Shown here: positions 8,969-17,578 of the stretch, in pieces
How the letters are laid out: every line of letters starts with the position of its first letter
Numbering within the stretch: position 1 is the first letter of the stretch
Assembly (NCBI GenBank): GCA_016794025.1
Contig: JAEUKX010000102.1
Coordinates: 1,538 to 65,537, forward strand
DNA: 64,000 bases
DNA from: Rhodospirillales bacterium
GTDB taxonomy: Bacteria; Pseudomonadota; Alphaproteobacteria; CACIAM-22H2
Reading direction: 5' to 3'
The notes under the pieces: model-generated
Told to the model about the DNA's origin: nothing
What the model saw: the letters and a program-made list of their open reading frames with translations, nothing else
Databases searched by the model: none
Translations under genes and position numbers: made by a program

Positions 8969-9876
8969 GCGCCGCCGCATCCGTCCTGCCGCCGCCCGCG
9001 CCGCGCGGGCGGCGGTTTGGTCTCGTGGATGTTCTTGTTCTCGCGTTCGTCGCGATCGCGGCGCTGTACGTCCTTTGGCGCGCGCAGACGGTCCTTCGCT
9101 ACAACTGGAACTGGGCGCCGGTCTGGGGATTCGTCATTCGCTACGATCCTGCGAAGGACGCCTGGATCCCCAACCTCATCCTCAGCGGGCTCTGGACGAC
9201 GGTTCGCATGTCGGTCTGGGCGGCCGTGTTCGCGGCACTGATCGGCGGCGCGATGGGGATGGCGCGCGTGTCGAATTCGCTGTTCCTGCGCCTCGTGTCG
9301 CGCAGCTACGTCGAACTCGTGCGAAATGTCCCGCCGCTCGTGTTCATCTTCGTCGTCTATTTCTTCCTGACCAGCCAGATCGCCCCCGTGCTTGGCCTCG
9401 ATGTCTGGGCGAGGCAGGCTTCGCCCGAGGCGCGAGCCTTCGTGGAAGCGACTCTCGGGCCCGCGCAGCATCTGCCCGCACTGGCTTCGGCCGTCGCGTG
9501 TCTTGCCCTGTTCGAGGGTGCTTACGTGACCGAGATTGTGCGCGGCGGGATCGAATCGATCGATCGCGGGCAGTGGGAGGCCTCCCGCTCGCTCGGATTC
9601 ACGCGCTGGATGAGTCTTCGGCTTGTCGTGCTGCCGCAGGCCATCCAGCGCACGCTGCCGCCGCTGGCCGGCCAGTTCATCTCGCTCGTCAAGGACTCCT
9701 CGATCGTCTCGCTGATCTCGATCCAGGATCTGACGTTCCTGGGCAACGAGGTCGCCGCGACGACGACGCGCGTGTTCGAGGCCTGGATAATCGTCGCTGT
9801 CCTGTATTTCGTCCTCTGCTTCGCGCTCTCGCGCATGTTCGCGCGGCTCGAGGCGCGGCTCGGCCGGTTCCGGTGA
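8944..9876 (+). CDS. Polar amino acid ABC transporter permease (second subunit)
   Basis: 310-aa ORF with EAA-like GGIESIDRGQWEASRSLGF. The start is uncertain: GTG 8944 overlaps the SBP gene, and GTG 9025 is an alternative. Confidence 0.75.
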   Translation: MERPAGTVSAAASVLPPPAPRGRRFGLVDVLVLAFVAIAALYVLWRAQTVLRYNWNWAPVWGFVIRYDPAKDAWIPNLILSGLWTTVRMSVWAAVFAALIGGAMGMARVSNSLFLRLVSRSYVELVRNVPPLVFIFVVYFFLTSQIAPVLGLDVWARQASPEARAFVEATLGPAQHLPALASAVACLALFEGAYVTEIVRGGIESIDRGQWEASRSLGFTRWMSLRLVVLPQAIQRTLPPLAGQFISLVKDSSIVSLISIQDLTFLGNEVAATTTRVFEAWIIVAVLYFVLCFALSRMFARLEARLGRFR

Positions 9877-11114
9877 CGCCCGCGCGACTTGACGTCGCCG
9901 TTGCAGGCGGGGGAATCGTCGGGCTCGCCTGTGCGTTCGCGCTCGCACGCGAGGGGCGCAGGGTAACGCTGTTCGATCCCGCGCCGGGCCGGGGTGCATC
10001 CTTCGGAAACGCCGGCGGCATCACGCCGGGCTGGGTCGCGCCGCTGGCCATGCCCGCGACGATCCGCGCGATCCCCGGCATGCTGGCAGACCCGCTTTCG
10101 CCCATCGCGATCCGGCCGGCCTATCTGCCAAGGCTGCTGCCCTGGATCGTGCGCTTCGCGTTCAATGCGCTGCCGGGCCGTGTCGAGGCGTGCTCGAAGG
10201 CGCTTGCGGCGTTGACGCTCGGCGCCTGCGAAGCCTGGGCGGATTTCGCGCGGTCCGCGGGGCTGGAAGGGCTGCTGCGCAAGCAGGGCATCCTTTATGT
10301 CTATGCAAGCGAACGCAGCAGGCAATCGGCCGAACCCGGACATGCATTGCGCCGCAAGCGCGGCGTGGCGGCGGAGCCGGTCGACGCGGCATGGATCGCA
10401 TCCTTTGCGCCCATGCTATCGCGCGAGTTCGGGTTCGGCATCTATTCGCCCGATGCCGGGCATGTTGTCGATCCGGGCGGCCTTTGCGACGGGCTTGTGC
10501 GCGCGCTCGAATCGGCCGGCGGTTCGATCGTGCGCGAGCCGGTCGTCGACATTGCGGCCGGCAGCGAGGGCGTGAATTTCCGCGCTCCCTCCGGCGGGTT
10601 CTCGGCCGCCACATTCGTGCTTGCGACCGGCGCACATTCGAAGGTCCTTGCCGCCAAGCTCGGCGCGCGCGTCCCGCTCGATGTCGAGCGCGGGTATCAC
10701 GCGGTCCTGCCCGAGCCGGGGGTTGAACTGCCGGCCCAGATGATCGACGGAGAGGGAAAATACGCCCTTACTTCGATGGCGATGGGTCTTCGGCTTGCGG
10801 GCACGGTCGAGTTCGCCGGGATCGAGGCGCCGCCCGACCATTCGCGCGCCGACATGCTGGTGCGCGCGGCGAAGCGCCTGTTGCCCGATCTGCGGACGGA
10901 CGGCGCAACCCGGTGGATGGGCTGTCGCCCCTCGCTCCCGGACGGGCTTCCCGTGATTGGTGCCGCGCCGGCAAGCCCGCGCGCGATCCTTGCTTTCGGG
11001 CATGCGCATCTGGGCCTGACGCTGGCCGCGAAGACGGCGGCAATCGTTGCGGCGCTTGCCGCCGGCCGCGCGCCCGACACCGACCTTTCCCCCTATTCGC
11101 CGACGCGCTTCTAG
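9873..11114 (+). CDS. FAD-dependent oxidoreductase, D-amino-acid dehydrogenase (DadA)-like
   Basis: GTG at 9873 forms a GTGA overlap with the permease stop. Dinucleotide fold VAVAGGGIVGLACAFALAREGRRVTLFD and a C-terminal GHAHLGLTLAAKTA. The upstream part of ORF 8757..11114 is shadow. Confidence 0.8.
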   Translation: MTPARLDVAVAGGGIVGLACAFALAREGRRVTLFDPAPGRGASFGNAGGITPGWVAPLAMPATIRAIPGMLADPLSPIAIRPAYLPRLLPWIVRFAFNALPGRVEACSKALAALTLGACEAWADFARSAGLEGLLRKQGILYVYASERSRQSAEPGHALRRKRGVAAEPVDAAWIASFAPMLSREFGFGIYSPDAGHVVDPGGLCDGLVRALESAGGSIVREPVVDIAAGSEGVNFRAPSGGFSAATFVLATGAHSKVLAAKLGARVPLDVERGYHAVLPEPGVELPAQMIDGEGKYALTSMAMGLRLAGTVEFAGIEAPPDHSRADMLVRAAKRLLPDLRTDGATRWMGCRPSLPDGLPVIGAAPASPRAILAFGHAHLGLTLAAKTAAIVAALAAGRAPDTDLSPYSPTRF

Positions 11115-11150
11115 CCGCCGGCCGTTGATACGAACATCGGAGGAGACGAC

Positions 11151-11759
11151 ATGACTGCCTGGATCCGCATGCTGCAGTACGAGGAAGCGACCGGCTACCT
11201 GCGCGAACTCTACGACCGCGTGAAGGGGCCGGGCGGCGCTATCGACAACGTGATGAAGATCCACTCGCTGCGCCCGCACACGATGGAAGGTCATAGCGCG
11301 CTCTACAAAAGCGTGCTCCACCACACCGGGAATTCGCTGCCCGTCTGGTTCCTCGAGTGTCTCGGGATCTGCACGAGCCTTTCAAACAAGTGCGAGTATT
11401 CGGTGTCCCACCACTATGCGGGACTTACGCGCCTTCTGAAGAACGATGATCGTGCTCGCGCGATCTATCAGGCGCTGATGATGGCCGCGCCGGAGAAAGT
11501 CTTCGAAGGCAAGGAACTGGCGCTGCTGCGCTATGTGCGCAAGCTCACGCTCGAGCCGCAGAGGATGGCCGAAGAGGATATCGAGGCCGCACGTGCGGCA
11601 GGCGCTTCGGATGCCGAGATCTTCGAGGCGAACCAGGTCTGCGCCTACTTCAACTATTCCAACCGGCTGCTCAACGGCCTTGGCGTGACGACGAAGGGCG
11701 ACATCCTGGGCTATTCGCCGCCCAATTCGGGAAAGCTTGACGACTGGGAACACGTCTAG
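11151..11759 (+). CDS. Carboxymuconolactone decarboxylase/AhpD-like 'peroxidase-related' family protein
   Basis: 202 aa. The pattern IDNVMKIHSLRPHTMEGH...CEYSVSHH fits the AhpD-core-like family, with the second Cys replaced by Ser. It lies 7 nt upstream of soxB. Confidence 0.7.
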   Translation: MTAWIRMLQYEEATGYLRELYDRVKGPGGAIDNVMKIHSLRPHTMEGHSALYKSVLHHTGNSLPVWFLECLGICTSLSNKCEYSVSHHYAGLTRLLKNDDRARAIYQALMMAAPEKVFEGKELALLRYVRKLTLEPQRMAEEDIEAARAAGASDAEIFEANQVCAYFNYSNRLLNGLGVTTKGDILGYSPPNSGKLDDWEHV

Positions 11760-11766
11760 TCCGGCG

Positions 11767-13014
11767 ATGCGCGGCTATTCCATCTGGGCGCTGGCGCGAA
11801 ACGCGCTGTCGGGCCATTCCGGGTGGCCGCGTGCGTGGCGAAGTCCCGCGCCGCGGAGCAGCTATGACGTCGTGATCGTGGGGGCCGGCGGACACGGCCT
11901 TGCGACGGCCTATTACCTTGCACGGCGCCACGGCATCCGCGACGTGCTCGTGCTGGACAAGGGCTGGGTCGGCGGCGGCAACACGGGCCGCAATACCGTA
12001 ACGATCCGCGCCAACTATCTTCGCGAGGAGTCGATCCGCTTCCACGCCGAAGGACTGCGGATGTGGCGCGAGATGTCCGGAGAGCTCGGCTTCAACGTCA
12101 TGTTCTCCGAGCGCGGCCAGCTCGACCTGATCCAGACATGGGCGAAGCTGCGCGACGTGAAGCGCCGGCAGGTGCTCCTGCGTCTCGCGGGCGTGCCGTT
12201 CGACATCGTGTCGCCGGCGGCGGCAAAGGCGCTGGTGCCGATCCTCGACCTCGAAGGCCCCAAGCGTTTGCCGGTCCTTGCCGCAACCTGGCACCCCACG
12301 GCGGGTGTGGCGCGCCATGATGCGGTCGCGTGGGGTTACGCACGCGCGGCGGATGCGCTGGGCGTCGACATCGTCCAGGGCTGCGAGGTTCTGTCGATCC
12401 GCCGCGACAGGGGGCAGGTTGCCGGTGTCGAAACCGCACGAGGCTTCATCGCCGCCCGCAAGGTGGCGCTCGCCGTATCGGCACACGCGGGCGATCTGGC
12501 GCGCACGGCCGGGCTGCGCCTGCCGGTGGAGACCGTGCCGTTACAGGCGTTCGTGTCCGAGCCGCTGAAGCCGATGCTCGATTGCGTCGTGAACTGCCCC
12601 GGTCAGGTCTATCTCAGCCAGTCGGACAAGGGCGAACTCGTGATCGGTGGCGGGGCCGACGGTGTGCCGTCTTATGTGCAGCGCGGGGATTTCGCGACGG
12701 TCGAGCGCGTCGTGTCGAGTCTGGTCGAGCTGTTCCCGGTTCTTGGCCGGGTGCGCATGTTGCGCCAGTGGGCGGGCGCCATCGATCTGTGTCACGACAC
12801 CTCGCCCATCGTTTCGAAAACGCCGGTGGATGGCCTCTACCTCGATGTCGGATGGGGATCGGGCGGGTTCAAGGCAATTCCGGCAGGTGGTGCAGCGTTC
12901 GCGGACCTGATTGCCAATGACATGCCGGCGGCTGCCGTGGCGGCGTTCTCGCTCGACCGGTTCGCGACTGGTCGGCCGCTTTACGAAACCGCCGGCGCTT
13001 CGAACAGGGATTGA
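11767..13014 (+). CDS. soxB: Heterotetrameric sarcosine oxidase-type beta subunit
   Basis: YDVVIVGAGGHGLATAYYLA...GGGNTGRNTVTIRANY is typical of SoxB. ATG at 11767 comes just after the stop of the upstream gene. Confidence 0.85.
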   Translation: MRGYSIWALARNALSGHSGWPRAWRSPAPRSSYDVVIVGAGGHGLATAYYLARRHGIRDVLVLDKGWVGGGNTGRNTVTIRANYLREESIRFHAEGLRMWREMSGELGFNVMFSERGQLDLIQTWAKLRDVKRRQVLLRLAGVPFDIVSPAAAKALVPILDLEGPKRLPVLAATWHPTAGVARHDAVAWGYARAADALGVDIVQGCEVLSIRRDRGQVAGVETARGFIAARKVALAVSAHAGDLARTAGLRLPVETVPLQAFVSEPLKPMLDCVVNCPGQVYLSQSDKGELVIGGGADGVPSYVQRGDFATVERVVSSLVELFPVLGRVRMLRQWAGAIDLCHDTSPIVSKTPVDGLYLDVGWGSGGFKAIPAGGAAFADLIANDMPAAAVAAFSLDRFATGRPLYETAGASNRD

Positions 13015-13019
13015 CCGGC

Positions 13020-13244
13020 ATGCGCCTTGTTCCATGTCCCCATTGCGGTCCGCGCGAAGCTGGCGAATTCGTCTGCCTTGGCGAAGGCAGCACCCATCCC
13101 GTGCATGCCGACGGGCTTGCCGATGCGCTCTACACCCGTACGAATGCGAAGGGCCCGGCCGAGGAACTGTGGTGGCACAAGTTCGGTTGCCGGCGATGGC
13201 TTCGCCTGCGCCGGAACTCCGCTTCGAACGAGTTCCTGCCATGA
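13020..13244 (+). CDS. soxD: Sarcosine oxidase-type delta subunit
   Basis: MRLVPCPHCGPREAGEF... is a zinc-ribbon N-terminus typical of SoxD. The track ORF starts at TTG 13011. Confidence 0.8.
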   Translation: MRLVPCPHCGPREAGEFVCLGEGSTHPVHADGLADALYTRTNAKGPAEELWWHKFGCRRWLRLRRNSASNEFLP

Positions 13245-16138
13245 GCGGATATCGCCTTTCTCCGCTTGTACCGGCCGAGACCGTCGAGATCGAGTTCGAT
13301 GGCCTGCGGCTGCCGGCGCGGCGCGGCGAAAGCCTTGCGGCCGCATTGATGGCCAACGGCATCTCGACGGTTGCGCGCAGTTTCAAGTATCACCGGCCAC
13401 GCGGCCTTCTCGGATTCGGCTCGTGGGAACCCAACGCGGCCGTCGAGACAGGCGAGGGAACCGAACTGGCAACGAACGTCCGCGTGACCGAGGGGCTCCG
13501 CGCGCGCGCCGCGAACTGCTGGCCGTGGGCCCGCTTCGATGTGAAATCGGTTCTTGGCGCCTTCGGCGCGTTGATGCCGGCGGGCTTCTACTACAAGACC
13601 TTCCGTGGACCGGGCGGACGCATGTGGCCGCTCTTCGAGCCGGCGATCCGACGGGCTGCCGGCATCGGCCGTCTGCCGGCGCGAGCTGCACCCGATACCG
13701 TCAAGCGCAATGCGCATTGTGATGTGCTCGTCGTCGGGGCGGGGGCCGCGGGCATTGCCGCGGCACTTGCCGCGCATGCGAGCGGCGCACGCGTTTTCCT
13801 TGTCGAGGAGGGCGATGCGCCCGGTGGCCGACTCCTCGACAGGTCCGATCTGCGGGTCGGACACGAAGTCGGTGCCGTCTGGGCGCGTCGAAGTGCAGAG
13901 GAGATGACGACGAGTGGTGCGCGCGTGCTGCTCCGGACCGCGGCGACAGGGCGATACGAGGGGGGCCTCGTCGTCGCGTACGAGCGACCCGCTGGCGATC
14001 GTCCAGCATGTCTTTGGAAGATTCGCGCGCGCGCGATCGTCCTTGCGACGGGCGCGATCGAGCGGCCATTGGTCTTTGCCGACAACGACCGCCCCGGCGT
14101 CGTTCTGTTGGCGGCGGCTCTTGCCTATGCCGCACGTTCGCGCGTCGCCATCGGGCGGCATGCCGTCGCGGTCGTCAACAATGATGCGGCCTACGAGGAT
14201 GTCATGGCGCTCGTCCGCGAAGGTGTCCATGTGCGCCACCTTGTCGATATGCGCGGGAATCCGGATGCAAGACTGGCGGCCGGCCTGTCCGGTCTCGGCG
14301 TCGAACTCCATGCAGGGTTTGCGCCGGTTTCGGCCATGGGCTGCCCTGTGTACGGGCTGCGGATTGCGGGAGCGGGCGGCGCTTACCGCGATCTCGCCTG
14401 CGATGCGGTGTTGATGTCGGGCGGCTCGACGCCGCTTGTCCATCTTCATTCCCACGCCGGTGGCCGCCTGCGTCACTCCGAGGAACTGCATGCTTTCGTT
14501 CCCGTCGGCGCACATGACGGCGCCCGCAGCGCCGGCGCCTGCAACGGCCGGGCGGAACTTGCGGCAGCGCTGGCCGACGGCCATGCCGCAGGATCGCTGG
14601 CCGCGACCGAAGCGGGCCTGGTGGCGCATGGCGGCGGCGCACCTGTCGGATCTGGCGGAACGGCCAGTGTTCATCCGTCGGCTGGCGCCGTTCCGGAGGT
14701 GGCGCGCGGCAAGGCGTTCGTCGATTTTGCCGCCGACGTGACGGTGGCTGACCTGCGTCTCGCGGCGCGCGAGGGCTATGATTCGGTCGAGTTGCTGAAG
14801 CGCTATACGACGACCGGGATGGCAGTCGATCAGGGTCGCATCGCGAATCTTTCGGCCATCGAGATCCTCGCACAGGCGAGAGGAGCGGCGCCCGGCGACG
14901 TTGGAACAACGACCTACCGCCCGCCTTTCGTGCCGCTGCCATTCGTCGCGATCGCCGACGCGGGCGGCGCGCTCCTGCGCCCGTCGCGCACGACGACGCT
15001 GACCGCATGGCACGAGGCGGCCGGCGCGGTCATGTACGAATCCGGCGCCAACTGGCGGCGCCCCGGATACTACCCGAGGTCAGGGGAGGGGCTCGAGGCG
15101 GCGGTCCGGCGCGAATGCCGCGCAGTCCGGCAGGCGGTCGGTATCTACGATTCGTCGCCGCTCGGAAAATTCGAGATTTCCGGACCCGATGCGGCCGCCT
15201 TCCTCGACTTCGTCTACGCCACGCGGCTCTCCGATCTGGCGCCGGGACGCGGGCGCTATGCGCTGCAACTGCACGAGGATGGCCGCCTGTTTGACGACGG
15301 CATCGTTTTCCGGCTGGCACCCGATCGCTATTTCGTGACCACGACGACCGGGAACGCGGACGCCTGCCATCAGCGGTTCGAGTATTGCCGGCAGGTCCTG
15401 CGACAGGATCTGAGCATCGGCCTGCTGAACGTGACCGAACAGTGGGCGGACATCGTCGTTTGCGGCCCGGCCGCGCGCCAGACGATCGCCGACGCGGGCC
15501 TGCCAATGCCCGAGCGGCTCGCGTTCCTCGGCATGGCAACATGCCGGATCGCGGAGCGCGGCGTGCGCGTGGCACGGGCCGGGTTCACCGGCGAACTCTC
15601 GTTCGAGTACTTCGTCCCGGCGAATGCGGCGCCGGAAATCTGGACGCGCCTTCTCGAAGCCGGCCGGCGCCATGGGATCGAGCCGGTCGGCTCGGAAGCC
15701 AATCACGTGCTGCGGATCGAGAAGGGGTTCATCTCGGTCGGTCACGAGGCGGACGGTATCTGCGGACCCGACGATCTGGGCCTGTCCTTTGCCGTGCATG
15801 CCGACAGGCCGGACTTTGTCGGCCGTCAGGCCTTGCTGCGCGACCGTTCTTCCCCGCACGGCCGGCCGCAGCTTGTCGGGCTGTTCGCGCGCGATCCCGG
15901 CTTTGTGCTTCCGGAGGGGGCGGCCGTGCTGCGGACGACGGGTGACCGCACGCGCGGCTATGTCACGGCAAGCTGTCACAGCGAGGCGGCCGGCCGGTCC
16001 GTCGCGCTTGCGCTGATCGAGGACGGACGGTCGCTTTCAGGGCAGGACGTGACGCTTGCGCTGGCGGATGGCACTGCCGGTGCACGCGTCGTTGCGCCCG
16101 TCTTCTACGATCCGCGCGGGGAGAGGCAGCGTGGCTGA
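13241..16138 (+). CDS. soxA: Sarcosine oxidase-type alpha subunit
   Basis: ATG at 13241 forms an ATGA overlap with the soxD stop. It has ARSFKYHRPRG, an NAD/FAD fold CDVLVVGAGAAGIAAA, and a C-terminal GcvT-like folate domain (GIYDSSPLGKFEISGPDA). 965 aa. Confidence 0.85.
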   Translation: MSGYRLSPLVPAETVEIEFDGLRLPARRGESLAAALMANGISTVARSFKYHRPRGLLGFGSWEPNAAVETGEGTELATNVRVTEGLRARAANCWPWARFDVKSVLGAFGALMPAGFYYKTFRGPGGRMWPLFEPAIRRAAGIGRLPARAAPDTVKRNAHCDVLVVGAGAAGIAAALAAHASGARVFLVEEGDAPGGRLLDRSDLRVGHEVGAVWARRSAEEMTTSGARVLLRTAATGRYEGGLVVAYERPAGDRPACLWKIRARAIVLATGAIERPLVFADNDRPGVVLLAAALAYAARSRVAIGRHAVAVVNNDAAYEDVMALVREGVHVRHLVDMRGNPDARLAAGLSGLGVELHAGFAPVSAMGCPVYGLRIAGAGGAYRDLACDAVLMSGGSTPLVHLHSHAGGRLRHSEELHAFVPVGAHDGARSAGACNGRAELAAALADGHAAGSLAATEAGLVAHGGGAPVGSGGTASVHPSAGAVPEVARGKAFVDFAADVTVADLRLAAREGYDSVELLKRYTTTGMAVDQGRIANLSAIEILAQARGAAPGDVGTTTYRPPFVPLPFVAIADAGGALLRPSRTTTLTAWHEAAGAVMYESGANWRRPGYYPRSGEGLEAAVRRECRAVRQAVGIYDSSPLGKFEISGPDAAAFLDFVYATRLSDLAPGRGRYALQLHEDGRLFDDGIVFRLAPDRYFVTTTTGNADACHQRFEYCRQVLRQDLSIGLLNVTEQWADIVVCGPAARQTIADAGLPMPERLAFLGMATCRIAERGVRVARAGFTGELSFEYFVPANAAPEIWTRLLEAGRRHGIEPVGSEANHVLRIEKGFISVGHEADGICGPDDLGLSFAVHADRPDFVGRQALLRDRSSPHGRPQLVGLFARDPGFVLPEGAAVLRTTGDRTRGYVTASCHSEAAGRSVALALIEDGRSLSGQDVTLALADGTAGARVVAPVFYDPRGERQRG

Positions 16139-16529
16139 TCCTTGCGTCACTGTCCGGCCGATCGGACCGGAGCGCATCGTCGCGGTATTCGATACCGGCC
16201 GGCCCGGCCCGGACGCGGCGGCCATTGGTCCGGACACATGGCTGATGATCGGCGGCGATGCGGATGTCGCCGCCGGGATCGACGTCTCGGACTCCTATGC
16301 GGGCTTCGCGGTCACGGGGCCGTCGGCCGCCGACGTCTTTGCGCAGGGCATCGCGCTCGATCTGGATCGAGCGGTGGCTGGATTTGTCGCCCGTACGCGG
16401 CTGGGCGATGTCGCTGTCCTGTTGTGGCGCATGCCGGACGGATTCGTGGTCCGCTGCGAGCGCTCGTACGCCGACTGGCTGGCAGCCTGGCTGGCGCGCG
16501 CCGTCAGGCTTTCTGCTGGCGGTATTTGA
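16131..16529 (+). CDS. soxG: Sarcosine oxidase-type gamma subunit (short)
   Basis: The position follows soxA, with GTG 16131 overlapping the soxA stop by 8 nt. The SoxG-like segment is SDSYAGFAVTGPSAADVFAQGIALDL. At 132 aa it is shorter than typical SoxG. Confidence 0.6.
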   Translation: MADPCVTVRPIGPERIVAVFDTGRPGPDAAAIGPDTWLMIGGDADVAAGIDVSDSYAGFAVTGPSAADVFAQGIALDLDRAVAGFVARTRLGDVAVLLWRMPDGFVVRCERSYADWLAAWLARAVRLSAGGI

Positions 16530-17502
16530 AGGCCTTGTCAAAGCGCCCGACGATGTATTCGCCGCAGGTGATCGGCGGGTATTTCGCTTCCGACGGGTCG
16601 TCGAGAAGGTCACGCGGGTCGACGACCGTATCGGGATGCGGGTCGTAGAACACGGCGATCGAGAAGCGTTCGCGGCCGGACGCATTCACGACCCTGTGCG
16701 GATTCGAGCTGAAGCGCGTGTTCGTCCAGCGGTGCATGAGATCGCCGATATTGACCACGAGCGTGTCCGGGATCGGGTGCGCGGTCACCCACTTGCCGTT
16801 CTTGGCAAGCACCTGCAGGCCGCCGACGTCGTCCTGCGCCAGAAGCGTCAGGCCGCCGTAGTCCGTGTGCGGCGCCACGCCGAACTGCGTCTCGCCCATG
16901 TCCGGGGGCTGCGGCGGATAGTAGATCGCCGAGCCCCGCGCGAGCGGCTTCTCGAATGACTTCGCGAAGAACGACGGATCGCGCCCGAGGCTTGCCGCAA
17001 GCCCCTTCAGCAGTCGCTGACCGCATGCGCATATGTCGAGGTAGTAGGCGTAGAAGGCCGCGCGCGTCTCGGGCAGTGCGGCCGGCCAGTTGTTCGGGCC
17101 CATCAGGGGTTTGCCGGCCGCGACATCCGGATCGTCGCCCGCGAGTTCGAGCCCCCACAGGAAGCTCTCCTTCAGATCGATTCGCGCGCCGGTGTACATC
17201 TTCGACTGGCCCACCGCGAGAAAGCCCCTGTGGCGCTCGTTGATGGTCGCGGTCCGCTTGAGCTCTTCCGGCGAACGGAAGAAGGCGCGGCTGGCCGCAA
17301 ATGCGCGCTCGACAGTCTCGCGCGCGATCCCGTGATTGCGGACGTAGAAGAACCCAATCTGCTCGGCCGCTTCGCGCATCCGCGCGCCGATCGCGGCGAT
17401 GGCGGCGGGATCGTCGGTGGCAAGGTCCGCGGCATCCACGACCGGTATCTCGTCGATCTCGATATGGGCGGCGGTCGCGTAGGCCATGACAGGCTCTTCC
17501 AT
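16504..17502 (-). CDS. 2-oxoglutarate/Fe(II)-dependent oxygenase (isopenicillin N synthase-like family)
   Basis: 332 aa with N-terminal DIOX_N-like GFFYVRNHGI and the facial triad context GVAPHTDYGGLTLLAQD...HRV. An alternative ATG at 17487 follows GGAAGAG. Confidence 0.8.
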   Translation of the reverse strand: MEEPVMAYATAAHIEIDEIPVVDAADLATDDPAAIAAIGARMREAAEQIGFFYVRNHGIARETVERAFAASRAFFRSPEELKRTATINERHRGFLAVGQSKMYTGARIDLKESFLWGLELAGDDPDVAAGKPLMGPNNWPAALPETRAAFYAYYLDICACGQRLLKGLAASLGRDPSFFAKSFEKPLARGSAIYYPPQPPDMGETQFGVAPHTDYGGLTLLAQDDVGGLQVLAKNGKWVTAHPIPDTLVVNIGDLMHRWTNTRFSSNPHRVVNASGRERFSIAVFYDPHPDTVVDPRDLLDDPSEAKYPPITCGEYIVGRFDKAFKYRQQKA

Positions 17503-17578
17503 CTGCTTCGTTCATGTGGAATTAATAGAGAAGCCCATACTCCCCCGGTTTTCCCATCCTCACAAGTGAGCGGAATTC

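Noticed and set aside
8757-9872. Long N-terminal extensions of real genes in the ORF track. Examples are 8757..11114, 12911..16138, 24672..26759, 42005..44008, 36887..38731, 47515..49041 and 57245..58891.
   Set aside because: The extensions run through upstream genes in another frame and are low-complexity. Homology-like sequence begins at internal ATG/GTG codons that form 4-nt overlaps with the upstream stop, so I used the shorter coordinates.
13130-15013. 627-aa ORF on the minus strand, plus several 150-270-aa ORFs in the same region
   Set aside because: They are antisense or out of frame relative to soxA, which has clear FAD/NAD and GcvT-like domains.
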